From positions 1,054,001 through 1,118,000 of the forward strand of contig JAUPSS010000006.1 of the NCBI GenBank assembly GCA_040285825.1: 64,000 nt of DNA. The letters run 5' to 3'. Each line of letters opens with the position of its first letter. Position 1 is the first letter of the stretch. The stretch comes from Eukaryota sp. TZLM1-RC (Eukaryota > Protista > Metamonada: BaSk clade). Made by a program: the position numbers and the translations under genes. Below are positions 1-11,466 of this stretch, one piece after another. The notes under the pieces were generated by a model. It was not told where the DNA came from. It saw nothing but the letters and a program-made list of their open reading frames with translations, and made no database searches.

Positions 1-719
1 ATAATTTACCTCATAATTTAATTTGTAAATGTTCTCGAGAAATTACAACTACTCATTTGTTAAATTGTAAACATTTTATTACTTTTAGAAGCAAGGTTCA
101 TGATGCTGTAAGAGACCAGTTATATTGTATGTGTAAATCTCATAGAATTGAATCCTTCTTGGAACCTCTGTTGTCAAATCTGTTTTGATGCTGAAAATGA
201 TTTTCATAAGAATAATAGAGGTGATGTCATATTACCTGGATTAGATGGAAGCTTCATTTTATTGGATGTAATGTCTGTTGATCCTTGTAATGCCTCAAAT
301 GAAAGGCTTGTTAATTCTGAAATTCATAATCCCCTTTCAAATGCTGAAAATTTTAAATTCAAAAATACAATGAACCTTTGTCCAAATTGGCCAGTCTACA
401 GCATGCAAAAATACAATTTGTATCCATTTGTATTTTTCCCTTTTTGGTTCACTTGCACCAACTGCTTTTACGTTTTTTTGGATGATTTTGGAAATGATTG
501 TAAAGAGAAGAACTGGCAGAAATTTCAACAGATTGTTTTTGGCAAAATAGAATTGTGTTTTCTATTTTTAAGGGAATGTTGAAGATGGTTTCTGATGCTT
601 TGCTTTCTCTTGGATCTCACTATGAGAGTTGCATCTAGTGTTTTTGTTTTGGGAGAGATGGATTTTTTTAGATGTTGATTTATAGGTTTAGAATAAAATT
701 AAATTTTTTAAAAAAAAAA
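1..719 (+). mobile_element. Family A RLE non-LTR retrotransposon, 3' part (zinc finger/RLE, 3' UTR, poly(A)); runs off the window start
   Basis: Encodes CKC..HLLNC, RSKVHD, EPLL, RGDVILPG and ..GEMDFLDVDL*; AATAAA and an A-tract at about 690-719. Confidence 0.9.
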
Positions 720-737
720 TTGTGCCAGAAATTGAAG

Positions 738-3484
738 GATCCCAGTAGAAATAAGTCCCGCCAGCACAATCCCCTTCTCAATGGAAATGAGAAATTTTTA
801 CTTCTGAATTGAAAAATAATAAGTGGAATATTTCATCCTTCTGGAAATATTTTGCTAGAAAAAACAAAAATTGTTTTAAGAAAAAATTTGGAAATAGAAA
901 AATTGTAAAAATCAAAAATTTGCCGTAAATTGTGCTTACGTGGTCGTTATGGTGCCGCAAAGCAGTCTTTGTTTTTCCTCTTCTTTGGCTGATGCAAACT
1001 CTGATACCCTTGAAAAACTTCAAAAGTTGCATCCTCAAGAAAATTTCAAGTGCAGCAAGCCTGAAGTGTGTCCTTTTTGGATTGAAAATCCTATTACTGC
1101 AATTGAAGTTCTTACAGCTATTCAAAAAAATTACCTAAGGGGAAAGCAGCAGGCCCATCTGGAATTTCTTTTGATCTCTTAAAAATAGCGTGTTCCAGTG
1201 TTCCCCGAAATTGCTGATGATCTAGCCCACTATTTTCAACAATTAATTGTTTTGAAAATTAATCCTCCATTTGAATTACTCATAGCACGTCTGATTGCTT
1301 TAGTAAAGCCTGGAAACGGAATCAAACCTGATGGAATACGCCCAATTGCTGTTGGTGAATCTCTTTCTCGTTTGCTAGCATCAATTGTCTTCGATCGTGT
1401 CAAAGACAAAGCTTCTACATTTTTTTGAATCCTCATCAATTTGGAATCAAAACAATTGATGGTGCTTCTGTTGCTGCTATTGCCTCTGATACCTTTTTTT
1501 AATGCAGAGGAAAATAATTTTATTTTTAATCTCGACTTTAAAAATGCTTTTAATTCTGTAAAGCGAGAAGCAATTTTTGAAGTTATTAAATCTGATTTTC
1601 CTGAGCTATCGAGTTTTTTTCTACCATTTTTATGGTAAAAGAATCAGATTTAATTTTTAATTCATTTGCTCTTAAATCATCTTCTGGAGTGAAGCAGGGA
1701 GATCCTTTAGGCCCATTATTGTTTTTGTTTAGCTATTCACAAAACTTTAAATATCATTAAGCAAAAAAATACCCTTCTATAAAAATAGTTGCTTATATGG
1801 ATGATATATCCTTGATTGGTTCATTTGATTTACTAGAATTGGTTGCTCAAGAAATTGCCGATTCATATGAAAATATTGGGCTTCATCTTAATGCCAGCAA
1901 ATGCCTTCTGATTGGCTCTTCTGCTCAAGACCTCGTGATAAACGATTCTATTGTCCCTTTTACTAATTATAGTAGTGATGCTTTTTAAGTTCCTTGGTTG
2001 TTGGTTAGGAAATGTGCCTCAAATTCAGAATGAATTGCAAGTTATTTTGGAAAAAAATGAAAATTGAACTTGATTCAATTTCTTCTTTAGATATAGAAAA
2101 GCATATTAAATTTTTTTCATGCTTAAAAATTTGCTACACTGGGAGAATAACCCACATTTTTGAGATCTTGTGCTCCTTCCATAGCATTAGATTTTTGTCG
2201 TTCATTCAATTCATTGAGAACAGAATTTTTTTGCTGATTTATTGGATGTAGAACCAGGAATGTTGAAAAAGTCACTTATTTTCTTCAGCAAATTTGGGGG
2301 TATTGGATTTACTAAATCTTCAATTTTGTGTCAATCAGCATTCTTGGGTGGTGGCAAAAATTTTATTTATGAATTTTCTCGTAGATTTCCTGATGATTCT
2401 CATCTGTTAGTCCCCAATTGTAGTCCCTATTTGTATGAGTTATCTTGTGAACTTGAAAAATTACCGCCACAAATTTGGACCAAATGTTTTCCTCAATCAA
2501 TTCAAGAAATTCCAAACCGATCTCTATTTAATTTACAGTTTTGCTGTAAAAAGCTTCAACAAAAATTGTCAAAGATTTTTTTGAAAGCTTGGATTTTGAT
2601 GTTAGACTTGGCTTGGCCAAGAAAAGAATCCCGCTTTTGCAAATCTTTTTACAAGATATGTGTGACAGTACTTCTTCTGCCTTAGTAACAACAATTCCAC
2701 AAGTTTATGGTACTCTCTTATCCGATTCTGCTTGGACTCTGAATATGAGATTTCGTTCCTTTATCTGGCCTGATAATTTACCTCATAATTTAATTTGTAA
2801 ATGTTCTCGAGAAATTACAACTACTCATTTGTTAAATTGTAAACATTTTATTACTTTTTAGAAGCAAGGTTCATGATGCTGTAAGAGACCAGTTATATTG
2901 TATGTGTAAATCTCATAGAATTGAATCCTTCTTGGAACCTCTGTTGTCAAATCTGTTTGATGCTGAAAATGATTTTCATAAGAATAATAGAGGTGATGTC
3001 ATATTACCTGGATTAGATGGAAGCTTCATTTTATTGGATGTAATGTCTGTTGATCCTTGTAATGCCTCAAATGAAAGGCTTGTTAATTCTGAAATTCATA
3101 ATCCCCTTTCAAATGCTGAAAATTTTAAATTCAAAAAAATACAATGAACCTTTGTCCAAATTGGCCAGTCTACAGCATGCAAAATACAATTTGTATCCAT
3201 TTGTACTTTCCCTTTTTGGTTCACTTGCACCAACTGCTTTAGGTTTTTGGATGATTTTGAAATGATTGTAAAGAGAAGAACTGGCAGAAATTTCAACAGA
3301 TTGTTTTGGCAAAATAGAATTGTGTTTTCTATTTTTAAGGGAATGTTGAAGATGGTTTCTGATGCTTTGCTTTCTCTTGGATCTCACTATGAGAGAGTTG
3401 CATCTAGTGTTTTTGTTTTGGGAGAGATGGATTTTTTTAGATGTTGATTTATAGGTTTAGAATAAAATTAAATTTTAAAAAAAA
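738..3484 (+). mobile_element. Family A, long 5'-truncated copy (about 2.75 kb; RT plus RLE)
   Basis: PKGKAAGPSGI, DGIRPIAVGE, LDFKNAFNSVKR, GVKQGDPLGP, AYMDD and RLE motifs across homopolymer frameshifts; poly(A) ends at 3484. Confidence 0.92.
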
Positions 3485-4063
3485 GTAGTTTAATAATAAA
3501 TTAAAATTTTTCATTAACAAAATACAATGAACCTTTGTCCAAATTGGCCAGTCTACAGCATGCAAAATACAATTTGTATCCATTTGTACTTTCCCTTTTT
3601 GGTTTACTTGCACGAACTGCTTTAGGTTTTTGGATGATTTTGAAATGATTGTAAAAAGGTGTTGGATTCAATTCATCAAAATATTTGACCAAAGCTGCAT
3701 TAATTGGTGGTGGAAAAAATTTTGTATTTGAATTCTCTAGAAGATATCCTTTTGCCGAAAATCTTCTTGAAACTACAAATAGCTTATTCCTCGATAACTT
3801 AAGAGAAGAAATATCCAGTTTATCTCCCGACTTATGGCAATCATGTTTCCCCATATCCATTCAAGAAATTCCAGACAGAAGTTTGTATTCATTAAAATTT
3901 GCGTTGAAAAAGCTCCAACGACATCTTTTGAGAAAATTTGAAAGCAAGGATTTTATTGTTCGACTTAGCACGGCTAAGAAAGAAAAATCCTGCTTTTGCA
4001 AATTTTTGATTGATTTGAAGGACAGTTCATCTGCAGTTTTGATAAATCAAATTCCCCAGATTT

Positions 4064-7000
4064 TTTTTTTATTTAAATTTAATTTTATTCTAAACCTATA
4101 AATCAACATCTAAAAAAATCCATCTCTCCCAAAACAAAAACACTAGATGCAACTCTCTCATAGTGAGATCCAAGAGAAAGCAAAGCATCAGAAACCATCT
4201 TCAACATCCCCTTAAAAATAGAAAACACAATTCTATTTTGCCAAAAACAATCTGTTGAAATTTCTGCCAGATCTTCTCTTTACAATCATTTCAAAATCAT
4301 CCAAAAACGTAAAGCAGTTGGTGCAAGTGAACCAAAAAGGGAAAATACAAATGGATACAAATTGTATTTTTGCATGCTGTAGACTGGCCAATTTGGACAA
4401 AGGTTCATTGTATTTTTGAATTTAAAATTTTCAGCATTTGAAAGGGGATTATGAATTTCAGAATTAACAAGCCTTTCATTTGAGGCATTACAAGGATCAA
4501 CAGACATTACATCCAATAAAAATGAAGCTTCCATCTAATCCAGGTAATATGACATCACCTCTATTATTCTTATGAAAATCATTTTCAGCATCAAACAGAT
4601 TTGACAACAAAGGTTCCAAGAAGGATTCAATTCTATGAGATTTACACATACAATATAACTGGTCTCTTACAGCATCATGAACCTTGCTTCTAAAAGTAAT
4701 AAAATGTTTACAATTTAACAAATGAGTAGTTGTAATTTCTCGAGAACATTTACAAATTAAATTATGAGGTAAATTATCAGGCCAGATAAAGGAACGAAAT
4801 CTCATATTCAGAGTCCAAGCAGAATCGGATAAGAGAGTACCATAAACTTGTGGAATTGTTGTTACTAAGGCAGAAGAAGTACTGTCACACATATCTTGTA
4901 AAAGATTTGCAAAAGCGGGATTCTTTTTCTTGGCCAAGCCAAGTCTAACATCAAAATCCAAGCTTTCAAAAATCTTTGACAATTTTTGTTGAAGCTTTTT
5001 ACAGCAAAACTGTAAATTAAATAGAGATCGGTTTGGAATTTCTTGAATTGATTGAGGAAAACATTTGGTCCAAATTTGTGGCGGTAATTTTTCAAGTTCA
5101 CAAGATAACTCATACAAATAGGGACTACAATTTTTTTTTTAAAAAAACTGGAATATTTATTGAGATAAAAATAACCATCTAGAATTCAATATCCTCCAAA
5201 CAAGCGTCACTATTACTGAACCTACTCACAGCATTACGTTCATATTCTACACCAATAGCTAAAAGTGCCTTTGAAATCATTGTTGGAATAGACTTGAAAA
5301 TGCAAAAAACAATTCTATTTAACCAGAAAGTGGAGTTCATTGTTTTACCAGACCTATTCAGTAACACTTTTTTAAAATTTTCCAAAAAGTGCAAGCCTGA
5401 AGGTCCAATATTGCCAAAAAGAGAAATTGCAAACGGCACAAACTGATATTTCACATGTTCCACTCTACCTAACTGTGCCAAAGGTTCTTCATATTTTTTT
5501 ATCTTCTTTTTTTCGGCGTTAGATAACGGCGAGTCAGCGGAATACACTAAACGAGCAGCAGAATTTTTGCAAACATCCACTGAGACAACGTCTACAACAT
5601 TGAGAACACCATCGATCCCTGGAGCTACTAAATCTGCCCTTCTTTTACCAAAGGAATCATCAGTTTGATCTGAAGACAGCTTACGTACTAGTGGCTCAAT
5701 AAATGCCTCTATATTGAAACTTTTTGCACATGGCATATAATTGATCACGAACTGAGTCATGAACAAGTGAGCGATAAGTTATGAAATACTTACAGTTTAA
5801 AATATGGGAAAGCGTAACAACACTCTTGCAGCGACAAATTAAATCATTTGGCAATGAGCAAGGCCATAGAAAACATCTCAATCTCATTGCAGTGGTCCAT
5901 TGGTGATCATTAAGTAGAAGGCCGTAAATGTTGGGAATTTGGGAGATTAAGCAACTTGAGCAACTGTCTTCAAGATCAATCAAAAAGTTTGCAAAAACGG
6001 GATTTTTTTCCTTAGCCAAGCTAAGACGTACAATATAATCCAAGTTTTCTAAAACTTTCAAAATTTTTTCTGCAATTTTGCAAAAGTCAATGGTAAGGAG
6101 AGCAAGCTTCTTGAAGGAAGTTCCACAATATCAGAGGGGAAACATTTAGCCCAAATATTGGGTGAAAGAGTTTCAATTTCCTGTTGCAAAGAAATAAGAT
6201 AGGAGCTGCCACAATTTTCAATGAGATGAATTTTTTCAGGAAAACGATTCACAAATTCATAAATAAAATTCTTTCCACCTCCAATAAAGGCAGCTTTACA
6301 AAGGTAGCTTGACTTATGAAAATCAACACCACCAAAATTTGTACCACAAAAAATGTGGCTTCGTAACTGAGATGCATCAATTTCCAATAATTTTGCTAAA
6401 AAATTAGTTCTTTGTTCATTAAAAATGCGACAGAACTCCAAGGAAATTGATGGTGATGTTGATCTCAAAATATGAGTAAATTTTCCAGAATAACAGATTT
6501 TGAGGAAAAAGAATTTCAAATGTTTCTCAATATTTAAATTTTCTATTGATTCTAATTCATTTCCAAATTGAGTCAACAGAGTCGAAAGTTGGCTTTTCAC
6601 TTCATCAATATTGAAGGAAGTTCCACAATATCAGAGGGGAAACATTTAGCCCAAATATTGGGTGAAAGAGTTTCAATTTCCTGTTGCAAAGAAATAAGAT
6701 AGGAGCTACAATTGGGGACTAACAGATGAGAATCATCAGGAAATCTACGAGAAAATTCATAAATAAAATTTTTGCCACCACCCAAGAATGCTGATTGACA
6801 CAAAATTGAAGATTTAGTAAAACCAATACCACCCAAATTTGCTGAAGAAAATAAATGGCTTTTCAACATTCCTGGTTCTACATCCAATAAATCAGCAAAA
6901 AATTCTGTTCTCAATGAATTAAAAGAACGACAAAAATCTAATGCTATGGAAGGAGCACAAGATCTCAAAATGTGGGTTATTCTCCCAGTGTAGCAAATTT

Positions 7001-7798
7001 TAAGCATGAAAAATTTAATATGCTTTTCTATATCTAAAGAAGAAATTGAATCAAGTTCAATTTTCATTTTTTCCAAAATAACTTGCAATTCATTCTGAAT
7101 TTGAGGCACATTTCCTAACCAACAACCAAGGAACTTAAAAGCATCACTACTATAATTAGTAAAAGGGACAATAGAATCGTTTATCACGAGGTCTTGAGCA
7201 GAAGAGCCAATCAGAAGGCATTTGCTGGCATTAAGATGAAGCCCAATATTTTCATATGAATCGGCAATTTCTTGAGCAACCAATTCTAGTAAATCAAATG
7301 AACCAATCAAGGATATATCATCCATATAAGCAACTATTTTTATAGAAGGGTATTTTTGCTTAATGATATTTAAAGTTTTGTGAATAGCTAAACAAAACAA
7401 TAATGGGCCTAAAGGATCTCCCTGCTTCACTCCAGAAGATGATTTAAGACCAAATGAATTAAAAATTAAATCTGATTCTTTCCCATAAAAATGGTAGAAA
7501 AAACTCGATAGCTCAGGAAAATCAGATTTAATAACTTCAAAAATTGCTTCTCGCTTTACAGAATTAAAAGCATTTTTAAAGTCGAGATTAAAAATAAAAT
7601 TATTTTCCTCTGCATTAAAAAAGGTATCAGAGGCAATAGCAGCAACAGAAGCACCATCAATTGTTTTGATTCCAAATTGATGAGGATTCAAAAATGTAGA
7701 AGCTTTGTCTTTGACACGATCAAAGACAATTGATGCTAGCAAATGAGAAAGAGATTCACCAACAGCAATTGGGCGTATTCCATTCGTATTCCATTCGT
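4064..7798 (-). mobile_element. Family A 5'-truncated copy (RT plus RLE), interrupted by family C
   Basis: ORFs 6597-7742 (RT) and 4497-5117; T-tract at about 4062-4070; flanked by a 13-bp TSD. Confidence 0.9.
5133..6705 (-). mobile_element. Family C 5'-truncated RLE retrotransposon (RT thumb, zinc finger, RLE); only copy in the window
   Basis: ORFs 6058-6600, 5696-6061 and 5179-5766 (CRCK..HILNC, RRADLVAPG, ..DACLEDIEF*); TSD CTACAATT at 5125-5132 and 6706-6713. Confidence 0.88.
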
Positions 7799-8590
7799 AT
7801 TCCCCAGATTTTTGGCCTATTTTTGAATGACGACCAATGGACCACTGCTATGAGAATGCGTTGTTATTTATGGCCTTGTAATTTGCCCAATGATTTGTTT
7901 TGCAAATGTGGAGCTGGTTTAACATTATCACATTTATTTAATTGTAATAGATTTATTTCCTATCGTTCTACATTGCATGATGCAGTCAGAGATCAGATCC
8001 ATGCAATGTGTAATTCCTATCATATTGAATCTTTTGTAGAACCTTTGTTGAGGTCTCTTGATATAAATGAAAGCGCAAGAGATTCAGAATATGGAAAACG
8101 ACGTGCTGATGTTGTTGTGCCCTCGTTTGATGATGTTATGAATGTCAGTGGATGTTTGCAAGAAAAATGCCTTGAAAAATGCTCAATCTGAAGTATCCCC
8201 CCTTGATGACTCCAAATTGTACAAACGGAAAAAATATGCAAATCCTTTAAAAGAATTGAAACATGTTCGCCATGTAGATTACCAAATTCGCCCATTTGCT
8301 ATATCGTTGTATGGTCGTCTTGGAAAAACTGCTATGAATTTTATTGATGATTTTGAAAATCTTGTGAAAAGAAGAATGAATAAGCGTTTTGATCGTCGCT
8401 TGTGGCTAAATCGTATTGTTTTTACTATTTTCAAATCAATTCCTAAAATGATTTCGAAAGCTTTGATGTCTGTCAGTGCACATTACGAAGAAATTGCTGT
8501 TGTGAGGTTTGATGGTGTGGAAGCTTGTTTTGAAGATATTGACTTTTAGACTGTAGTTTAATAATAAATTAAAATTTTTCATTAACAAAA

Positions 8591-11247
8591 TACAATGAAC
8601 CTTTGTCCAAATTGGCCAGTCTACAGCATGCAAAATACAATTTGTATCCATTTGTACTTTCCCTTTTTGGTTTACTTGCACGAACTGCTTTAGGTTTTTG
8701 GATGATTTTGAAATGATTGTAAAAAGGTGTTGGATTCAATTCATCAAAATATTTGACCAAAGCTGCATTTATTGGTGGTGGAAAAAATTTTGTATTTGAA
8801 TTCTCTAGAAGATATCCTTTTGCCGAAAATCTTCTTGAAACTACAAATAGCTTATTCCTCGATAACTTAAGAGAAGAAATATCCAGTTTATCTCCCGACT
8901 TATGGCAATCATGTTTCCCCATATCCATTCAAGAAATTCCAGACAGAAGTTTGTATTCATTAAAATTTGCGTTGAAAAAGCTCCAACGACATCTTTTGAG
9001 AAAATTTGAAAGCAAGGATTTTATTGTTCGACTTAGCACGGCTAAGAAAGAAAATCCTGCTTTTGCAAATTTTTTGATTGATTTGAAGGACAGTTCATCT
9101 GCAGTTTTGATAAATCAAATTCCCCAGATTTTTGTCCTATTTTTGAATGACGACCAATGGACCACTGCTATGAGAATGCGTTGTTATTTATGGCCTTGTA
9201 ATTTGCCCAATGATTTGTTTTGCAAATGTGGAGCTGGTTTAACATTATCACATTTATTTAATTGTAATAGATTTATTTCCTATCGTTCTACGTTGCATGA
9301 TGCAGTCAGAGATCAAATCCATGCAATGTGTAATTCCTATCATATTGAATCTTTTGTAGAACCTTTGTTGAGGTCTCTTGATATAAATGAAAGCGTAAGA
9401 GATTCAGAATATGGAAAACGACGTGCTGATGTTGTTGTGCCCTCGTTTGATGATGTCATGAATGTTGTTGATGTCGTAACAGTGGATGTTTGCAAGAAAA
9501 ATGCCTTGAAAAATGCTCAATCTGAAGTATCCCCCCTTGATGACTCCGAATTGTACAAACGAAAAAAATATGCAAATCCTTTAAAAGAATTGAAACATGT
9601 TCGCCATGTAGATTACCAAATTCGCCCATTTGCTATATCGTTGTATGGTCGTCTTGGAAAAACTGCTATGAATTTTATTGATGATTTTGAAAATCTTGTG
9701 AAAAGAAGAATGAATAAGCGTTTTGATCGTCGCTTGTGGCTAAATCGTATTGTTTTTACTATTTTCAAATCAATTCCTAAAATGATTTCGAAAGCTTTGA
9801 TGTCTGTCAGTGCACATTACGAAGAAATTGCTGTTGTGAGGTTTGATGGTGTGGAAGCTTGTTTTGAAGATATTGACTTTTAGACTGTAGTTTAATAATA
9901 AATTAAAATTTTTCATTAACAAAATACAATGAACCTTTGTCCAAATTGGCCAGTCTACAGCATGCAAAATACAATTTGTATCCATTTGTACTTTCCCTTT
10001 TTGGTTTACTTGCACGAACTGCTTTAGGTTTTTGGATGATTTTGAAATGATTGTAAAAAGGTGTTGGATTCAATTCATCAAAATATTTGACCAAAGCTGC
10101 ATTTATTGGTGGTGGAAAAAATTTTGTATTTGAATTCTCTAGAAGATATCCTTTTGCCGAAAATCTTCTTGAAACTACAAATAGCTTATTCCTCGATAAC
10201 TTAAGAGAAGAAATATCCAGTTTATCTCCCGACTTATGGCAATCATGTTTCCCCATATCCATTCAAGAAATTCCAGACAGAAGTTTGTATTCATTAAAAT
10301 TTGCGTTGAAAAAGCTCCAACGACATCTTTTGAGAAAATTTGAAAGCAAGGATTTTATTGTTCGACTTAGCACGGCTAAGAAAGAAAATCCTGCTTTTGC
10401 AAATTTTTTGATTGATTTGAAGGACAGTTTTGATAAATCAAATTCCCCAGATTTTTGTCCTATTTTTGAATGACGACCAATGGACCACTGCTATGAGAAT
10501 GCGTTGTTATTTATGGCCTTGTAATTTGCCCAATGATTTGTTTTGCAAATGTGGAGCTGGTTTAACATTATCACATTTATTTAATTGTAATAGATTTATT
10601 TCCTATCGTTCTACGTTGCATGATGCAGTCAGAGATCAAATCCATGCAATGTGTAATTCCTATCATATTGAATCTTTTGTAGAACCTTTGTTGAGGTCTC
10701 TTGATATAAATGAAAGCGCAAGAGATTCAGAATATGGAAAACGACGTGCTGATGTTGTTGTGCCCTCGTTTGATGATGTCATGAATGTTGTTGATGTCGT
10801 AACAGTGGATGTTTGCAAGAAAAATGCCTTGAAAAATGCTCAATCTGAAGTATCCCCCCTTGATGACTCCGAATTGTACAAACGGAAAAAATATGCAAAT
10901 CCTTTAAAAGAATTGAAACATGTTCGCCATGTAGATTACCAAATTCGCCCATTTGCTATATCGTTGTATGGTCGTCTTGGAAAAACTGCTATGAATTTTA
11001 TTGATGATTTTGAAAATCTTGTGAAAAGAAGAATGAATAAGCGTTTTGATCGTCGCTTGTGGCTAAATCGTATTGTTTTTACTATTTTCAAATCAATTCC
11101 TAAAATGATTTCGAAAGCTTTGATGTCTGTCAGTGCACATTACGAAGAAATTGCTGTTGTGAGGTTTGATGGTGTGGAAGCTTGTTTTGAAGATATTGAC
11201 TTTTAGACTGTAGTTTAATAATAAATTAAAATTTTTCATTAACAAAA
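8591..11247 (+). repeat. Two head-to-tail 1.33-kb monomers (about 135 bp of family A plus about 1.19 kb of family B 3' fragment)
   Basis: The junction TACAATGAACC recurs at 8591, 9925 and 11248 (periods 1334 and 1323; the second unit has an 11-bp deletion near 10428). Confidence 0.93.
8753..9883 (+). CDS. Family B C-terminal ORF fragment (thumb/linker, CCHC finger, RLE); 5'-truncated, not an independent gene
   Basis: 376-aa open frame: CKCG..HLFNC, RSTLHD, EPLL, RRADVVVP, DVVTVD, ELYKRKKY. Confidence 0.8.
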   Translation: MTKAAFIGGGKNFVFEFSRRYPFAENLLETTNSLFLDNLREEISSLSPDLWQSCFPISIQEIPDRSLYSLKFALKKLQRHLLRKFESKDFIVRLSTAKKENPAFANFLIDLKDSSSAVLINQIPQIFVLFLNDDQWTTAMRMRCYLWPCNLPNDLFCKCGAGLTLSHLFNCNRFISYRSTLHDAVRDQIHAMCNSYHIESFVEPLLRSLDINESVRDSEYGKRRADVVVPSFDDVMNVVDVVTVDVCKKNALKNAQSEVSPLDDSELYKRKKYANPLKELKHVRHVDYQIRPFAISLYGRLGKTAMNFIDDFENLVKRRMNKRFDRRLWLNRIVFTIFKSIPKMISKALMSVSAHYEEIAVVRFDGVEACFEDIDF

Positions 11248-11466
11248 TACAATGAACCTTGTCCAAATTGGCCAGTCTACAGCATGCAAAATACAATTTG
11301 TATCCATTTGTACTTTCCCTTTTTGGTTCACTTGCACCAACTGCTTTACGTTTTTTGGATGATTTTGAAATGATTGTAAAAAGGTGTTGGATTCAATTCA
11401 TCAAAATATTTGACCAAAGCTGCATTTATTGGTGGTGGAAAAAATTTTGTATTTGAATTCTCTAGA

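Larger units (their letters stand above)
3658..8590 (+). mobile_element. Family B 5'-truncated copy (3658-4063 plus 7799-8590), split by a nested A(-)/C(-) insertion
   Basis: TKAALIGGGKNF..INQIPQI continues as IPQIFGLFLND..EACFEDIDF*; TSD ATTCCCCAGATTT at 4051-4063 and 7799-7811. Confidence 0.9.

Noticed and set aside
3501-3860. Recurrent antisense or alternate-frame ORFs (MDMGKHDCHK.., MKFLPVLLF.., MILVMPQMK..)
   Set aside because: They are shadow frames of the LINE ORF and recur only because the DNA is repeated
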